Notes: generated from the letters alone by a model not told the origin. A stretch of 64,000 bases of DNA from a bacterium (GCA_021815445.1 JAKAGM010000001.1:659710-723709), one strand, 5' to 3'. Shown: positions 29,750-40,280, counted from the first letter of the stretch. A program made the numbers and translations.

Positions 29750-31186
29750 CTATATGCTTGACATAAATTTTTCAAATGACGTGCCGGGAACAGGCCCGCG
29801 GCCCTCTATAGGGAGCGTAAAAGTAAACGTCGAACCTACGCCCTCCTTGCTTTCAAAAGTGACCTCCCCTTGATGTCCCTCGACTATATTTTTGACTATA
29901 AAGAGTCCAAGACCAGATCCTTCAGTCTGCATTCTGATGACATTATCTGCTCGAAAAAATTTGGAAAATATCCTGTCCTGCTGACGCGCCGGGATGCCCG
30001 CTCCCGTGTCAGCTATTTTGAATCGCAACTGGTCGTTGTCCAGCCCGAGTGACACTTCAACCTTTCCGCCCTTGGGAGTATATTTGATCGCGTTATCGAT
30101 GAGATTCTGAACAACGAGGTGCATTTTCTGCTCGTCGATACTCGCCTTGGGCAAAATGCTCATGGACTGCTGATAACGGAAGATGACCCCGCGCGCTTTG
30201 ATATCGGGCTGCATTTCCTCTATTACACGCTGGACAATTTCACCCAAGTCGTTGCGGGAAAACCGGTACTGGAACCGACCTTCTTCAATCCGCGAAACGT
30301 TGAGAAGGTCATTAATCAGAAGGATCATGCGCTCATTTGACTGGTACCCTTTGCCTAACAGGTCCATCTGCTCGACATTGAGCGGCCCCATGTCCCCGTC
30401 TAACAGCATCTTGATAACCCACTTGATCGCGGAGAGGGGCGTGCGCATCTGGTGCGACGCGACAGAGATGAATTCGGTCTTCATTTCATCTATCTCTTTT
30501 AACCGCCTGTTCGCGACAAAAAACGCCCGGTTGGTTTGGACCAGTTCTTCATTAACCTCGAAGAGCTTCTTCTCGATAGTGGAAAGCGACCTGACAACAT
30601 ATCCGGAACGATACGTGCTGATCCCCATAAACGAGATCATCGCAAATGACAGCATCGTTACATATGTTTGATGCTGGTAGATGAGTACGCCGCCGGTATA
30701 GGGCTGCACGAGGTGCGAAAGTTTGCCAGTAAACTCCAGGAACACTAACAGGAGGAAAATTCCGCCGCCGAAAATGAAATTAATCGGCCCCGCGAGGCGT
30801 GAAAAATGCACATTCGACCCGACAATTTGCAAGAAATACAACGGTAGAAAAACGCTTTCAATCCCGCCGGTATAGTGCACAATGAATGTGATAACAACCA
30901 TGTCGATAACGATCCCGATGTACGGCCACACCTTTGGATATCGTGTATTTGTATACACGAAGCTGCACGCAATATTGTAAATGAGTCCCAGCGATACGGC
31001 TACAAAAATACCCCGGAGATCATAATTCAGCCCGAGGGCATGCCCGAGGAGGGTTAAAATCAAAATCACTATGATAACGAGGTAACGTACAGTAACCGAC
31101 CAATTAAGACGCCCGAGCTGTTCTCGAGCGGAAAGTTTGTTGACCTCATTTTTATCGAATTCTTTTACTGCCATAGCACCCACCAT
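29750..31186 (-). CDS. Membrane sensor histidine kinase
   Basis: About 5 TM helices; EFISVASHQMRTPL, NLIDNAIKY, DTGAGIP, GSGLGL. Confidence 0.95.
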   Translation of the reverse strand: MVGAMAVKEFDKNEVNKLSAREQLGRLNWSVTVRYLVIIVILILTLLGHALGLNYDLRGIFVAVSLGLIYNIACSFVYTNTRYPKVWPYIGIVIDMVVITFIVHYTGGIESVFLPLYFLQIVGSNVHFSRLAGPINFIFGGGIFLLLVFLEFTGKLSHLVQPYTGGVLIYQHQTYVTMLSFAMISFMGISTYRSGYVVRSLSTIEKKLFEVNEELVQTNRAFFVANRRLKEIDEMKTEFISVASHQMRTPLSAIKWVIKMLLDGDMGPLNVEQMDLLGKGYQSNERMILLINDLLNVSRIEEGRFQYRFSRNDLGEIVQRVIEEMQPDIKARGVIFRYQQSMSILPKASIDEQKMHLVVQNLIDNAIKYTPKGGKVEVSLGLDNDQLRFKIADTGAGIPARQQDRIFSKFFRADNVIRMQTEGSGLGLFIVKNIVEGHQGEVTFESKEGVGSTFTFTLPIEGRGPVPGTSFEKFMSSI

Positions 31187-31350
31187 TTTGGCACTATGTA
31201 TTGTAGCATATTTTTACAAAAAAATCAAGCTCGATAACTTGTTTGCGTTCAAAAATAATAGACAAACTCCCCGGGCTACATTCCCGTGCACTTTAATTCT
31301 TCGGAACAAGAAGAAGACAAAATAAGGGAATTCAACTTTCAGCAGTGCAT

Positions 31351-32871
31351 CTACTCTACCTTCGGCCGGTACTGCAGGGCTTCAGCCACATGCTCCACAC
31401 GAATGTCAGGCATCCCGGCCAAATCAGCAATTGTTCGCGAAACTTTAAGAATTCGAAAATACGATCGAGCGGAAAATTGGAGTCGTTCTGCAGCGCTCCT
31501 TAGGAGATCCACGGTACGGGAGTCGATACCGCAAAAAGTTTTTGTATCGCGGGAAGACATCTCCGCGTTTGTCACCAATGAAGTGCCTGTGAATCGCCGG
31601 CGCTGAACTTCGCGCGCTTTTTCCACACGGCGTCTGATATCGCGGGAAGTTTCTCCGGGTGACATGCCCGCAAGCTTCTCAAATGCTACTTTGGGAACGT
31701 CCACATGAAAATCAATCCGGTCAAGCAGCGGACCAGAAATTTTTCTCTGGTACTTGCTGACAAGCGAAGCAGTGCACATGCAGCGACGGTCCGGATCGGT
31801 TAGGTATCCGCACGGACATGGATTCATCGCAGCGACCAGGATAAACTTCGCCGGGAACATGCATGTCCCCGCTGCACGGGATACTGATATGACTCCGTCT
31901 TCGAGGGGTTGACGAAGATACTCGAGTACTGTTCGGGGGAATTCCGGAAACTCATCGAGAAAGAGCACTCCGCGATGCGCTAGTGAAATTTCGCCGGGTT
32001 TCGGTGATGTCCCTCCGCCGACAAGCGCGACGCCTGACGCCGTATGGTGTGGAGACCTGAAAGGACGATACATTATCAGCGGCCTGTCGGCTGGCAGATG
32101 ACCCGCGACGCTGTAGATACGAGTGACTTCGAGAGATTCCTCCATTGCCATAGCGGGCAATATGGTCACCATCGTTTTTGCGAGTAATGTTTTTCCCGAC
32201 CCCGGCGGACCCGATAAAAGGACGTTGTGTCCCCCTGCCGCTGCAATCTCGAGCGCCCGTTTGGCATGCCCCTGGCCACGAATATCGGAAAAATCAACTC
32301 CCGGATAGGGCATAGCATGCGGCAAAATCACGCACTTTCTCTGTGAAGAAATGATACAGGATTTTGCCATTAAATGGTTTGCCAGATCAGTCAGAGAAGA
32401 AACAGGGAATACGCGTATTCCTTTTATCAGGGAGGCCTCGGAAGCATTTTCTGCAGGGACAAAAAGATTGCGTATCCCCTCGTTCCTCGCCATAGCAGCG
32501 ATAGAGAGAACGCCTTTAACACCGCGCGCCGTACCATCGAGAGCCAGCTCGCCGACAAAGAGGCTTGACGCAAGTCTTTCGCTCTCAATAAGGCGCTTGG
32601 CGCGGAGAAGCGCAAGAGCAATTGGCAAATCATAGAGCGACCCTTCCTTCTTTACATCTGCAGGAGCCAGATTCACGGTAATTCGCGTACGGGGGAAAGG
32701 CAGCCCGCTGTTTGTGATTGCGGACCGGATGCGCTCACGAGCTTCCTGCACGGCGGCGTCAGGAAGACCGACGATGGTAAAACGAGGCAGGCCACGGAGA
32801 ATATCCGCCTCGACTTCGACACGACGGGCGTCAATGCCCATGAGGGCGGCTGATTGAATAGCTATTTTCAT
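31351..32871 (-). CDS. comM: ComM/YifB Mg-chelatase-like AAA+ ATPase
   Basis: IVGLPDAAVQEARER, GPPGSGKT, PGEISLAHRGVLFLDE, NPCPCG, ISGPLLDRID. Confidence 0.95.
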   Translation of the reverse strand: MKIAIQSAALMGIDARRVEVEADILRGLPRFTIVGLPDAAVQEARERIRSAITNSGLPFPRTRITVNLAPADVKKEGSLYDLPIALALLRAKRLIESERLASSLFVGELALDGTARGVKGVLSIAAMARNEGIRNLFVPAENASEASLIKGIRVFPVSSLTDLANHLMAKSCIISSQRKCVILPHAMPYPGVDFSDIRGQGHAKRALEIAAAGGHNVLLSGPPGSGKTLLAKTMVTILPAMAMEESLEVTRIYSVAGHLPADRPLIMYRPFRSPHHTASGVALVGGGTSPKPGEISLAHRGVLFLDEFPEFPRTVLEYLRQPLEDGVISVSRAAGTCMFPAKFILVAAMNPCPCGYLTDPDRRCMCTASLVSKYQRKISGPLLDRIDFHVDVPKVAFEKLAGMSPGETSRDIRRRVEKAREVQRRRFTGTSLVTNAEMSSRDTKTFCGIDSRTVDLLRSAAERLQFSARSYFRILKVSRTIADLAGMPDIRVEHVAEALQYRPKVE

Positions 32872-32943
32872 AGTAGTATTTAATTACCTAAAACACTCCC
32901 AGGTGTATATACCTCGAGAAGAGCGATGAAAGTGAGTATAAAC

Positions 32944-33402
32944 TTATCCGATGCGCCTGGGATGGACTATCAGGCGGAAAGCGAGCATCACTACTCCTGC
33001 AGTGATGGCGAGATCAGCGATATTCGCGGTAGGTAACAGAGGAAAACGCAGATAGTCTACCACGGCTCCGAAGCGGATACGGTCAAGTAGATTTGAAAAT
33101 GCCCCGACAGAGATAAGGAGCAACGCCAGGATTAAAAATTGATCCCGTCGCACATATGCTTTGGTGAGCGCCACTAATACAGAGGCAAGGACAAGGGCAA
33201 TGATGAGAAGCACGAACAATCCTGTGATCGGGATCCCCCAGGCGATTCCTTCATTTTGCTGGGGGCTAAAAATAAGGACATCGGGAATGAGTTGTTTGTC
33301 GTGGTAGAAAAAACTAGCCGCAACCTTACAAAAACGGTCTAGAAAAAAAATTCCAGTTACACCTATGTACATGAGAACTTGAGAGTAAGTTCTCATACGC
33401 AT
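32944..33402 (-). CDS. lspA: Lipoprotein signal peptidase
   Basis: NEGIAWG, GAFSNLLDR, GAVVDY, NIADLAI. Confidence 0.9.
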   Translation of the reverse strand: MRMRTYSQVLMYIGVTGIFFLDRFCKVAASFFYHDKQLIPDVLIFSPQQNEGIAWGIPITGLFVLLIIALVLASVLVALTKAYVRRDQFLILALLLISVGAFSNLLDRIRFGAVVDYLRFPLLPTANIADLAITAGVVMLAFRLIVHPRRIG

Positions 33403-33417
33403 GCTATATGATACTTT

Positions 33418-33774
33418 TTAAGCCGGACTGCAATCAGTATGCTGAGTTGCCGCAGGAAAAGCCTCGAGTCGATCTTCGGGTATTTTGTTTCCGCAGATTG
33501 AACAGATGCCGTATGTTCCATCGTGAATTTTTTGCAGAGCGGCATCCACTTCCTCAAGCGCTTTATCGAGATTTTTGCTCAGTGAAAGTTTTTCCTCATA
33601 GGAAGTCACTTCGGCGGCATTTTCATCATCCTTAGAACCAATTTCAGTCCATTTGATGTTATTCGGACCGTTTTTGTGCTTTTCGCCACCTACGAGCTGG
33701 GCAATCTGTTGTTCCAGTCTCTTTTTCTCTTCCTCAAGTTTTGACTTCATCTGCTTGATGAACGCTGTCATCAT
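33418..33774 (-). CDS. TraR/DksA-family zinc-finger protein
   Basis: Coiled coil followed by ALQKIHDGTYGICSICGNKIPEDRLEAFPAA. Confidence 0.9.
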   Translation of the reverse strand: MMTAFIKQMKSKLEEEKKRLEQQIAQLVGGEKHKNGPNNIKWTEIGSKDDENAAEVTSYEEKLSLSKNLDKALEEVDAALQKIHDGTYGICSICGNKIPEDRLEAFPAATQHTDCSPA

Positions 33775-33947
33775 AGGTTGATAATACGAGAATAATTATT
33801 AAGCCAAAAAAGTTTTCAGCCACTAAAAAGTGGCTAATACCAGCTTATTACCCTGTACTGACAGTCTAGCACAGATACAAAAAATGGTACAGACCCGCTT
33901 GGGCCCGGCGCGGAGATTTTAATACTGCTATGGTCCAATACACCAAA

Positions 33948-33978
33948 ACTCCATCCCCTCTACACAAGGGGATGGAGT
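33948..33978 (-). terminator. Hairpin terminator after the 1559-aa gene
   Basis: actccatcccct / aggggatggagt, a perfect 12-bp stem. Confidence 0.65.
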
Positions 33979-34003
33979 AATAAATCAACTAACCGTTGAG
34001 ACC

Positions 34004-37000
34004 TTACATCCCGTAGGCGGCAAAGATGCTGACACCGCCGCGGAACTTTGTATTGAGGGCAAAGAACCGGGAAATCACGCGGCCGTTTTGGTTGAATACG
34101 CTGATCTGCGGACCTAATCCCGCGCCGGGCCCTGTCACAATTTCCGCTTTACCGTCACCGTCAACGTCTGCGGCAAACATCGTGAAGCTTCCTTTCAGGC
34201 TTGAGCCGTAAGCGTTAAATTGCGACTTTGCCACTCCCTTGTTGTTGAAGACCCTGACCTGAGATATGGCGCCACCCATCGGCATAGCGATGAATTCGTT
34301 TGTGCCATCGCCTCCCATGTCCGCAACAGCCACATTAACTCCTCCTCTGAAGCCGCTTGGGAAGGCCATAAATCTCGCGAGTTGCTTGCCGTCTTTATTG
34401 AATGCTGCAACCTGGGGGCCGAGCCCTGTTTTCGGCGCTACAACGACATCGTCGGTACCGTCACCATTGATATCTCCCGTCGTCAGATTGTATCCGCCTC
34501 GAACTCCCACTGCATATGCGTTGAATCGTTTCACCAGTTTTCCATCACCATGGAAGATTGCAACCTCAGGACCGCCGTTTGATGCCGGTGTACCGATGAT
34601 ATCGGCTTTTCCGTCGCCATCGACATCGCTGACCGCGAGGTTGACCCCGCCTCGGAAGCCCGATCCGATGATGAAGAATTGTTTTAGGAGCTTGCCGTTG
34701 CCATCAAAGATGCGCACTTGAGGACCCGCGCCCGCAAGCGGGACAGCGATAATCTCATCTTTTCCGTTGCCATCGATATCAGCAACAGCGACATGAATTC
34801 CCGTTCTGAGACTCGAACCGTAGGCATTGAAATTCTTGAGTAACTTCCCGGCCTTAGTGAAGACGCGAATTTCCGGACCGGCGCCGACTCCGGGAGCAGT
34901 GACAATCTCGTTGGCCCCATCGCCGTTGACATCGCCAGTTGCCACCTCAAGCCCCACACGGAGAGATGAAGCGTAGGCGAAAAAGCTTACGACTTTCTTT
35001 CCGGTTTTGTCGGTGACATAAACCTGCGGACCGCCTTTTGACGCGGGAACCGTGGCTATGTCAGCCGTACCGAGACCAGCCGCCGCAGATCCGCCCGAAG
35101 CGACCACAAATGTCGTGAAGTGGTTAGTCTGAATAGTAATGGTATTCGAGTCCTTATCGACGGTGATGCCTATGGGGTCTTGGTACGCATTGGATGTCGA
35201 ATCGAAGTACTTGCTGACAAGCGTATCTTCGTTAATACCCAGTTCATCGAGCTGATCCTGCGTGTAAGTGAACTTGATCGTCACGTTTGAATTAAACGTG
35301 GTAATCGCATTGTTGCTTGAGTCAGTCGCGGTAAGTTCATACCCCACGCCGAATGGCTGGACGTTCTTCATCTTATACATATTGCCTACCGTCGGCGTTG
35401 CCGTAACGCTCACATTCGAGCCCGATGATCCGAGAGCTCCGGAAGGAATTGTGATTGTTACACCATTCTCAAGAGCTATTACCTGCGCCGATCCCGCGTC
35501 AAACGTGGAACTCACTGGTGAAGGAACGGTAAAGCTCGCACCCTTAAGGCTGAAATTCTGCGTGATGCTAGTCTGAGTAGAAATTGTAATTGTCGCTTCG
35601 TCGGATCGGTAGAACTTGTTGCCGTCAAAGCTGTCCGCTCCGCAGTGCCAAGTGCCTGCTTTGTAGTTGACCGAGTAGCTGCCTCCAAACTGCACAGGTC
35701 CGCCGGTGAATCCGCCATTTTCTTCCCAGCAGTGGACGAAGCCGATGTTGATCGGCACATTACCCACCTTAACGCTCCCGCTCATGGTCCCGAGCGCTCT
35801 GCCGAGTTTGAGCGTGATACTGGCAGTTGACGCACTGGTCAGATCAACTTTCTGAAAGTCTGCAGGTATGTACGAACTGCCGGGAGGTAACCCCATTCCG
35901 ACCTGATACCTGTGCCCCTTGAGGACATTCAAGGTGAATGTCCCGTCAGGATTGGTTTTGGTATCCGCATGAAGTTGGTTCTTGAAGCTCTCCTCAGTTT
36001 GGACGCTCTGGTTCTCTTGCTCTACGCCGTTGTCGGCGAAGACAAATGCGTCAATTCCGTTGCCGCTCGGATCAAGTACGCGTCCGGTGATTGTCGCATT
36101 GGCTTTGGTTACCGTGATATTGAGCGTCGTGGTTCCAGCAGCAATTGTTAATGATGTAGGATCAGGGGGTTTCATCATAAATCCGTTTCCAGGATTGATG
36201 TAGTACCCCATGTGATATCCGCTTCCAGAGAGAAGACTTACGCTAAATGTGCAGTCAGGCTTGATGTCTCCGCCTCTCCATGATCCGTTCTTTTCGAAGT
36301 GGACATCGCCGAACCAGCCGCCCGAAGAAGAACATGAGGTAATGCTGGCTCCATTCTGATCCAGAATTCTGCCTTGAACTGTCGCATCATTGCTTCTTAC
36401 TTGGATATTCTTGGTCGAAGTCGTATTCGCAAATACAGCTACATTTTGACTGTCAAGCGAAGAATATGGCGAGTTAGGGGGTGTACCGAGTGATAATGTA
36501 TAGGTTGACGCTACGGTGCTCGGCACACTTAAGGAGAACGAACCGTTCTGGCAGTCAACCGGACCGCCGTACCCGGGACCGGGGTTGCCGATAGTCGTGG
36601 CTGACGCCGGCTGTGCATTGATCCATGCGCAGAATCCAGTGATCACCGTTCCGGACTCATTAACGACAAATCCGCTGATAGTGGCATCGGCATATGTCAG
36701 CTGTATCGTGCCGACATTAATTGTTGCATTATCGTCGGTGACATTCGCATCGATTGGCTGGCCGCTGTAAACATATTTTGAATTGCGGCCGGGCCCCTGA
36801 TCAAGATTGACCCCCCACATACCGGCGGTAACCGCGAGAACAAAATTCCCGTTTGAATCACTCTGGGTATTGCTCCAGCCCGGCTGATTATGCATAAAGG
36901 CATTGAGGTATACGCCTCCGACACCGGTACCGTCGGATTTCACAACTTTTCCTGTTATTTTCGCTGATTTCGATTTCGCAGTGATCGTACCAACATTCTT

Positions 37001-38683
37001 CGTCTCATTGTCGCCTATAGTCACTGACATCTCAGGGAATGATAACGTGTTGTCAGGGCTAAAAACGCTCACCCGGTATGTTCCGGCTTTGACGTTCACG
37101 CTGAACGTGCCGTCTGGCCTGACCTGCGAGTTGTTACCGACACCGTCCTGAGTCCTCACGTCAACATTTGCATTTGTCATCGGCGAACCATCGGGTTTTA
37201 ATGCCCTCCCCGTGACTGAAGCGTTGGCAACAGTTACAGTTATGTTAAGTGTCTTGTTTTCCACTGCGGAATTTGTCGCAAAGTCAACCATCTGGGGCGG
37301 ACCGGAAAAAAACCAGTCAGGCGCGGGCGCCCCGGGGCCCATATTTGGATTGACCATAATGTTCCAGCTGCCTCCTGAGAGTGTCAGGGTGTAATTCCCG
37401 CTTGCATCCGTTGTTGCCTGGCTGAACCCTGATCCGTTTTTGTTTGCATTGATTTGCGCGCCAGCAACAGCCAAACCATTACTCTTAGTCACTTTTCCTG
37501 TCAGAAATTTTGACGCCTGAACAAAAGTGAGGTTCTTCACTACAACAGTTGCTCCAATAGTGATAGAAGCAGAATCGGGAGACACGTATCCGCTAGAACC
37601 CCATGGAGACATAACATCCAATTTATATGTCCCTGCGGGAAAACCGCCGATGAGATAGGTGCCATCCTGGCCGCTCTGGGCATTTTGGTTTACCGACCAA
37701 TCGTCAGTATGGATTTGGACGTTTGCATTCGCGACAGGTGTTGCCCCGTCCGGTGCATATACAGTACCTGTGACTTGGGCAGTAGTGAGGCGCACCTCGC
37801 CGACGTTGAGTAGTGTTCCTGAAGTTACGGAAATTGTCCGCGAAACAGGCGACGTGAAACTAAGGCCCTGGACCATGCATTGGAGAGTGTATGATCCGGT
37901 CGCCATGGTGCCAAATCTGAACACACCGCTAGGATCAGCATTTGTGTTCATCTGAACACTGTGGTCCTGGTTATAAATATTGCAGTTAACATTGCCACCA
38001 TGTGAAAAGTCGACGGCATTCCCGCTCGGATCTTTGATAGTACCGGTAACATTTGGAGCAGAAAGGCTGACGGTTTGGCCGGTGAGAACGGTGCCCGCAA
38101 AGCTCACCGTCAATGTTCCGGTCGTATAGGGCGAACTTTCCGGAGCTTGTGCTTCAATAATGTACGTCCCGCTTGCTAAACCGCCGAATTTAAAGTTTCC
38201 GCCGTCGTCAGTGTTGGTTCCTGAATTGAACGACCAGTCATTGGTCCTGATCATGACATTTGTTCCGGGAACAGGCGTTACTCCATCGGGATTTGTCACA
38301 GTACCGGTAATACTCGGCGTTGTAAGTTTGATATTTCCAAGGTCCACCGCCGAAGTATCAATAGTTATCAAAAAGGGCGCCGGTCCGGTGTAATTTCCGT
38401 CTGTTCCGGCATACGATACTTGGACAGTGTATTGTCCCGACGCAACATTCGTGATAGAAAACGTCCCATTATTATTCATTGGCCCGCCATTACCGGGTCC
38501 TGGATTCTTTGGCGAAAGGCTCACGAAACCGCCGGCCTGCGTGAGTGCGGCACCGGTAGGACTGACAACTGTTCCGCTGACCACTACGCCCGAGGCATGG
38601 ACAGTTTGCGGGTGGGCCGCTACGAGGGAAACGGCAATTGCCGCGACAGTGACCGCCCAGTAGAGATAAGATTTCTTATGCAT
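34004..38683 (-). CDS. Large surface protein: signal peptide, about 10 carboxypeptidase-regulatory-like repeats, ZU5-like domain, C-terminal FG-GAP propeller
   Basis: Repeated GTVxxPDG...TxxDGxF units of about 90 aa; repeated GDVNGDG/GPQVRIF/FRGGVN units. Confidence 0.88.
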   Translation of the reverse strand: MHKKSYLYWAVTVAAIAVSLVAAHPQTVHASGVVVSGTVVSPTGAALTQAGGFVSLSPKNPGPGNGGPMNNNGTFSITNVASGQYTVQVSYAGTDGNYTGPAPFLITIDTSAVDLGNIKLTTPSITGTVTNPDGVTPVPGTNVMIRTNDWSFNSGTNTDDGGNFKFGGLASGTYIIEAQAPESSPYTTGTLTVSFAGTVLTGQTVSLSAPNVTGTIKDPSGNAVDFSHGGNVNCNIYNQDHSVQMNTNADPSGVFRFGTMATGSYTLQCMVQGLSFTSPVSRTISVTSGTLLNVGEVRLTTAQVTGTVYAPDGATPVANANVQIHTDDWSVNQNAQSGQDGTYLIGGFPAGTYKLDVMSPWGSSGYVSPDSASITIGATVVVKNLTFVQASKFLTGKVTKSNGLAVAGAQINANKNGSGFSQATTDASGNYTLTLSGGSWNIMVNPNMGPGAPAPDWFFSGPPQMVDFATNSAVENKTLNITVTVANASVTGRALKPDGSPMTNANVDVRTQDGVGNNSQVRPDGTFSVNVKAGTYRVSVFSPDNTLSFPEMSVTIGDNETKNVGTITAKSKSAKITGKVVKSDGTGVGGVYLNAFMHNQPGWSNTQSDSNGNFVLAVTAGMWGVNLDQGPGRNSKYVYSGQPIDANVTDDNATINVGTIQLTYADATISGFVVNESGTVITGFCAWINAQPASATTIGNPGPGYGGPVDCQNGSFSLSVPSTVASTYTLSLGTPPNSPYSSLDSQNVAVFANTTSTKNIQVRSNDATVQGRILDQNGASITSCSSSGGWFGDVHFEKNGSWRGGDIKPDCTFSVSLLSGSGYHMGYYINPGNGFMMKPPDPTSLTIAAGTTTLNITVTKANATITGRVLDPSGNGIDAFVFADNGVEQENQSVQTEESFKNQLHADTKTNPDGTFTLNVLKGHRYQVGMGLPPGSSYIPADFQKVDLTSASTASITLKLGRALGTMSGSVKVGNVPINIGFVHCWEENGGFTGGPVQFGGSYSVNYKAGTWHCGADSFDGNKFYRSDEATITISTQTSITQNFSLKGASFTVPSPVSSTFDAGSAQVIALENGVTITIPSGALGSSGSNVSVTATPTVGNMYKMKNVQPFGVGYELTATDSSNNAITTFNSNVTIKFTYTQDQLDELGINEDTLVSKYFDSTSNAYQDPIGITVDKDSNTITIQTNHFTTFVVASGGSAAAGLGTADIATVPASKGGPQVYVTDKTGKKVVSFFAYASSLRVGLEVATGDVNGDGANEIVTAPGVGAGPEIRVFTKAGKLLKNFNAYGSSLRTGIHVAVADIDGNGKDEIIAVPLAGAGPQVRIFDGNGKLLKQFFIIGSGFRGGVNLAVSDVDGDGKADIIGTPASNGGPEVAIFHGDGKLVKRFNAYAVGVRGGYNLTTGDINGDGTDDVVVAPKTGLGPQVAAFNKDGKQLARFMAFPSGFRGGVNVAVADMGGDGTNEFIAMPMGGAISQVRVFNNKGVAKSQFNAYGSSLKGSFTMFAADVDGDGKAEIVTGPGAGLGPQISVFNQNGRVISRFFALNTKFRGGVSIFAAYGM

Positions 38684-38731
38684 ATGTATGGTTTATTTAT
38701 CGACTTAACTTGGTATGTTAATGTTAAAAAT

Positions 38732-38756
38732 AAAAAAGCCCATAGTGTTAAGGGCT
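38732..38756 (-). terminator. Intrinsic terminator inside the 5' leader (attenuator candidate)
   Basis: Minus strand AGCCC-ttaacactat-GGGCT-TTTTT, about 50 nt upstream of the ATG. Confidence 0.6.
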
Positions 38757-38831
38757 CGTGTCTCCAAACAAAACGGATATCCCGTGGGATATTCGCTGAA
38801 GATGGTTTTGGTATTTTTGTTTTTTATACAT
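38748..38831 (-). CDS. Candidate 27-aa leader peptide MYKKQKYQNHLQRISHGISVLFGDTSP
   Basis: Manual translation; lies between the promoter and the gene, and its stop falls in the terminator loop. Confidence 0.4.
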   Translation of the reverse strand: MYKKQKYQNHLQRISHGISVLFGDTSP

Positions 38832-38881
38832 CTCCCAAGATTCAAGCGATTTTGACACGCTTAAATAGCTCTTCTGCATGC

Positions 38882-38910
38882 AGTATACAGCTTTTTCAGG
38901 AAAAAGTCAA
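38882..38910 (-). promoter_or_regulatory. Sigma70-type promoter
   Basis: TTGACT-N17-TATACT. Confidence 0.7.
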
Positions 38911-39017
38911 CTATATCTCATGCACCCCACACCGAGTTGTGCATCCTCTAAAGTTAAAAAAATCGTAGTTTCTTACTTTTCTGCGGAGTACAAAATCCCA
39001 TGAAGCGGCTTCGCGCT

Positions 39018-40280
39018 TCACTTCCCCATTGCCAAAGCTATTCGCTTGAGCGCAAGGACATATGCGCCTGTCCGCAAATCAACTTTATGCTTTCTTGAGA
39101 TACGCCACATGTCATTGAAACTTGCCAACATGAGAGGTCTCAATTTTTTTAATGTCTTTGCCTGCGACCAGCGGGATTTCTCCTTATTCTGCACCCATTC
39201 AAAATAACTTCCGGTGACTCCGCCCGCATTGGCCAAAACATCAGGGACAACGGGAATACGCCTCCGGTAAAGAATAGCGTCAGCTCCGGGCGCCGTAGGG
39301 CCGTTGGCCATTTCAACAACTACCTTTGCCTTAATACGGCGCGCATTTGCTCCGGTAATCTGATGCTCAAGAGCCGCGGGAATGAGAATATCGCATGACG
39401 TCGTCAACAATTCAGAGTTTGTTATTTTTTTAAAGTTGACGCAATCGCACACGGTTCCGAGACAATAACATCCGTCAATCATCCCTTTTTCACGCTTTGT
39501 CTTCATGACAACATCCGGGTCCATTGATTGGCCGTTGATGGAAAGTATCCCCCCCCGCGAATCTGACAGCGCTACAATCTTATAACCTGCCGCATATAGT
39601 AAACGCGCCGTATGATATCCCACATTGCCGAAACCCTGAACGACGACACGCGTCTGTGATGGAACAAGGTGAAGTTTTTTTACCACTTCCTGGATGATAA
39701 ACACGCCGCCCTGAGCGGTAGAATCTTCCCGCCCCCGCAAGCCGCCTAGAGCAAGGGGTTTGCCGGTAAAAGCAGCCGGAGTTTTTTTGCCGGCGATATT
39801 GCTGTACTCATCCACCATCCATCCCATGATCGTGGGATTGGTATAGACGTCTGGCGCAGGAACATCCTTGTCGGGACCTATCACCGGGTACATGCCTCTC
39901 GCCCAGCCACGGCTTAAACGTTCAAGTTCCTTTGTTGACAGCTTCTGAGGATGAACGGCGACACCGCCTTTGCTCCCGCCAAAAGGAATTCCGACTGTTG
40001 CGCATTTAATCGTCATCCAAAAACCGAGTGCTTTCACTTCGTCCATATTCACCGCGGGATGAAACCGTATCCCGCCTTTAAAAGGCCCCCGGGCGTTGTT
40101 GTATTGCACCCGATACCCGGTGAACATCCGGGTCCTTCCGTTGTCCATTCGAACGGGAATATTGATTTCCACGGTTCTCATGGGTTTCTCAAGTTGAGTA
40201 AGAATATCCCGCTTGAGATGGAGAATTGACGCTGCACGATGAAGCTGCGCCAAAGCCGTTGCAAAGGGATTAGTAGACAT
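39018..40280 (-). CDS. gdhA: Glu/Leu/Phe/Val dehydrogenase (glutamate dehydrogenase)
   Basis: RGPFKGGIRFHP, GGSKGG, DVPAPD, QGFGNVG, ANAGGVTGSYFEW. Confidence 0.92.
   Translation of the reverse strand: MSTNPFATALAQLHRAASILHLKRDILTQLEKPMRTVEINIPVRMDNGRTRMFTGYRVQYNNARGPFKGGIRFHPAVNMDEVKALGFWMTIKCATVGIPFGGSKGGVAVHPQKLSTKELERLSRGWARGMYPVIGPDKDVPAPDVYTNPTIMGWMVDEYSNIAGKKTPAAFTGKPLALGGLRGREDSTAQGGVFIIQEVVKKLHLVPSQTRVVVQGFGNVGYHTARLLYAAGYKIVALSDSRGGILSINGQSMDPDVVMKTKREKGMIDGCYCLGTVCDCVNFKKITNSELLTTSCDILIPAALEHQITGANARRIKAKVVVEMANGPTAPGADAILYRRRIPVVPDVLANAGGVTGSYFEWVQNKEKSRWSQAKTLKKLRPLMLASFNDMWRISRKHKVDLRTGAYVLALKRIALAMGK

Noticed and set aside
33418-33500. DksA-like zinc finger with His replacing the third Cys (CSIC...HTDC)
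   Set aside because: C3H zinc sites are a minor, plausible variant; nothing further supports novelty.
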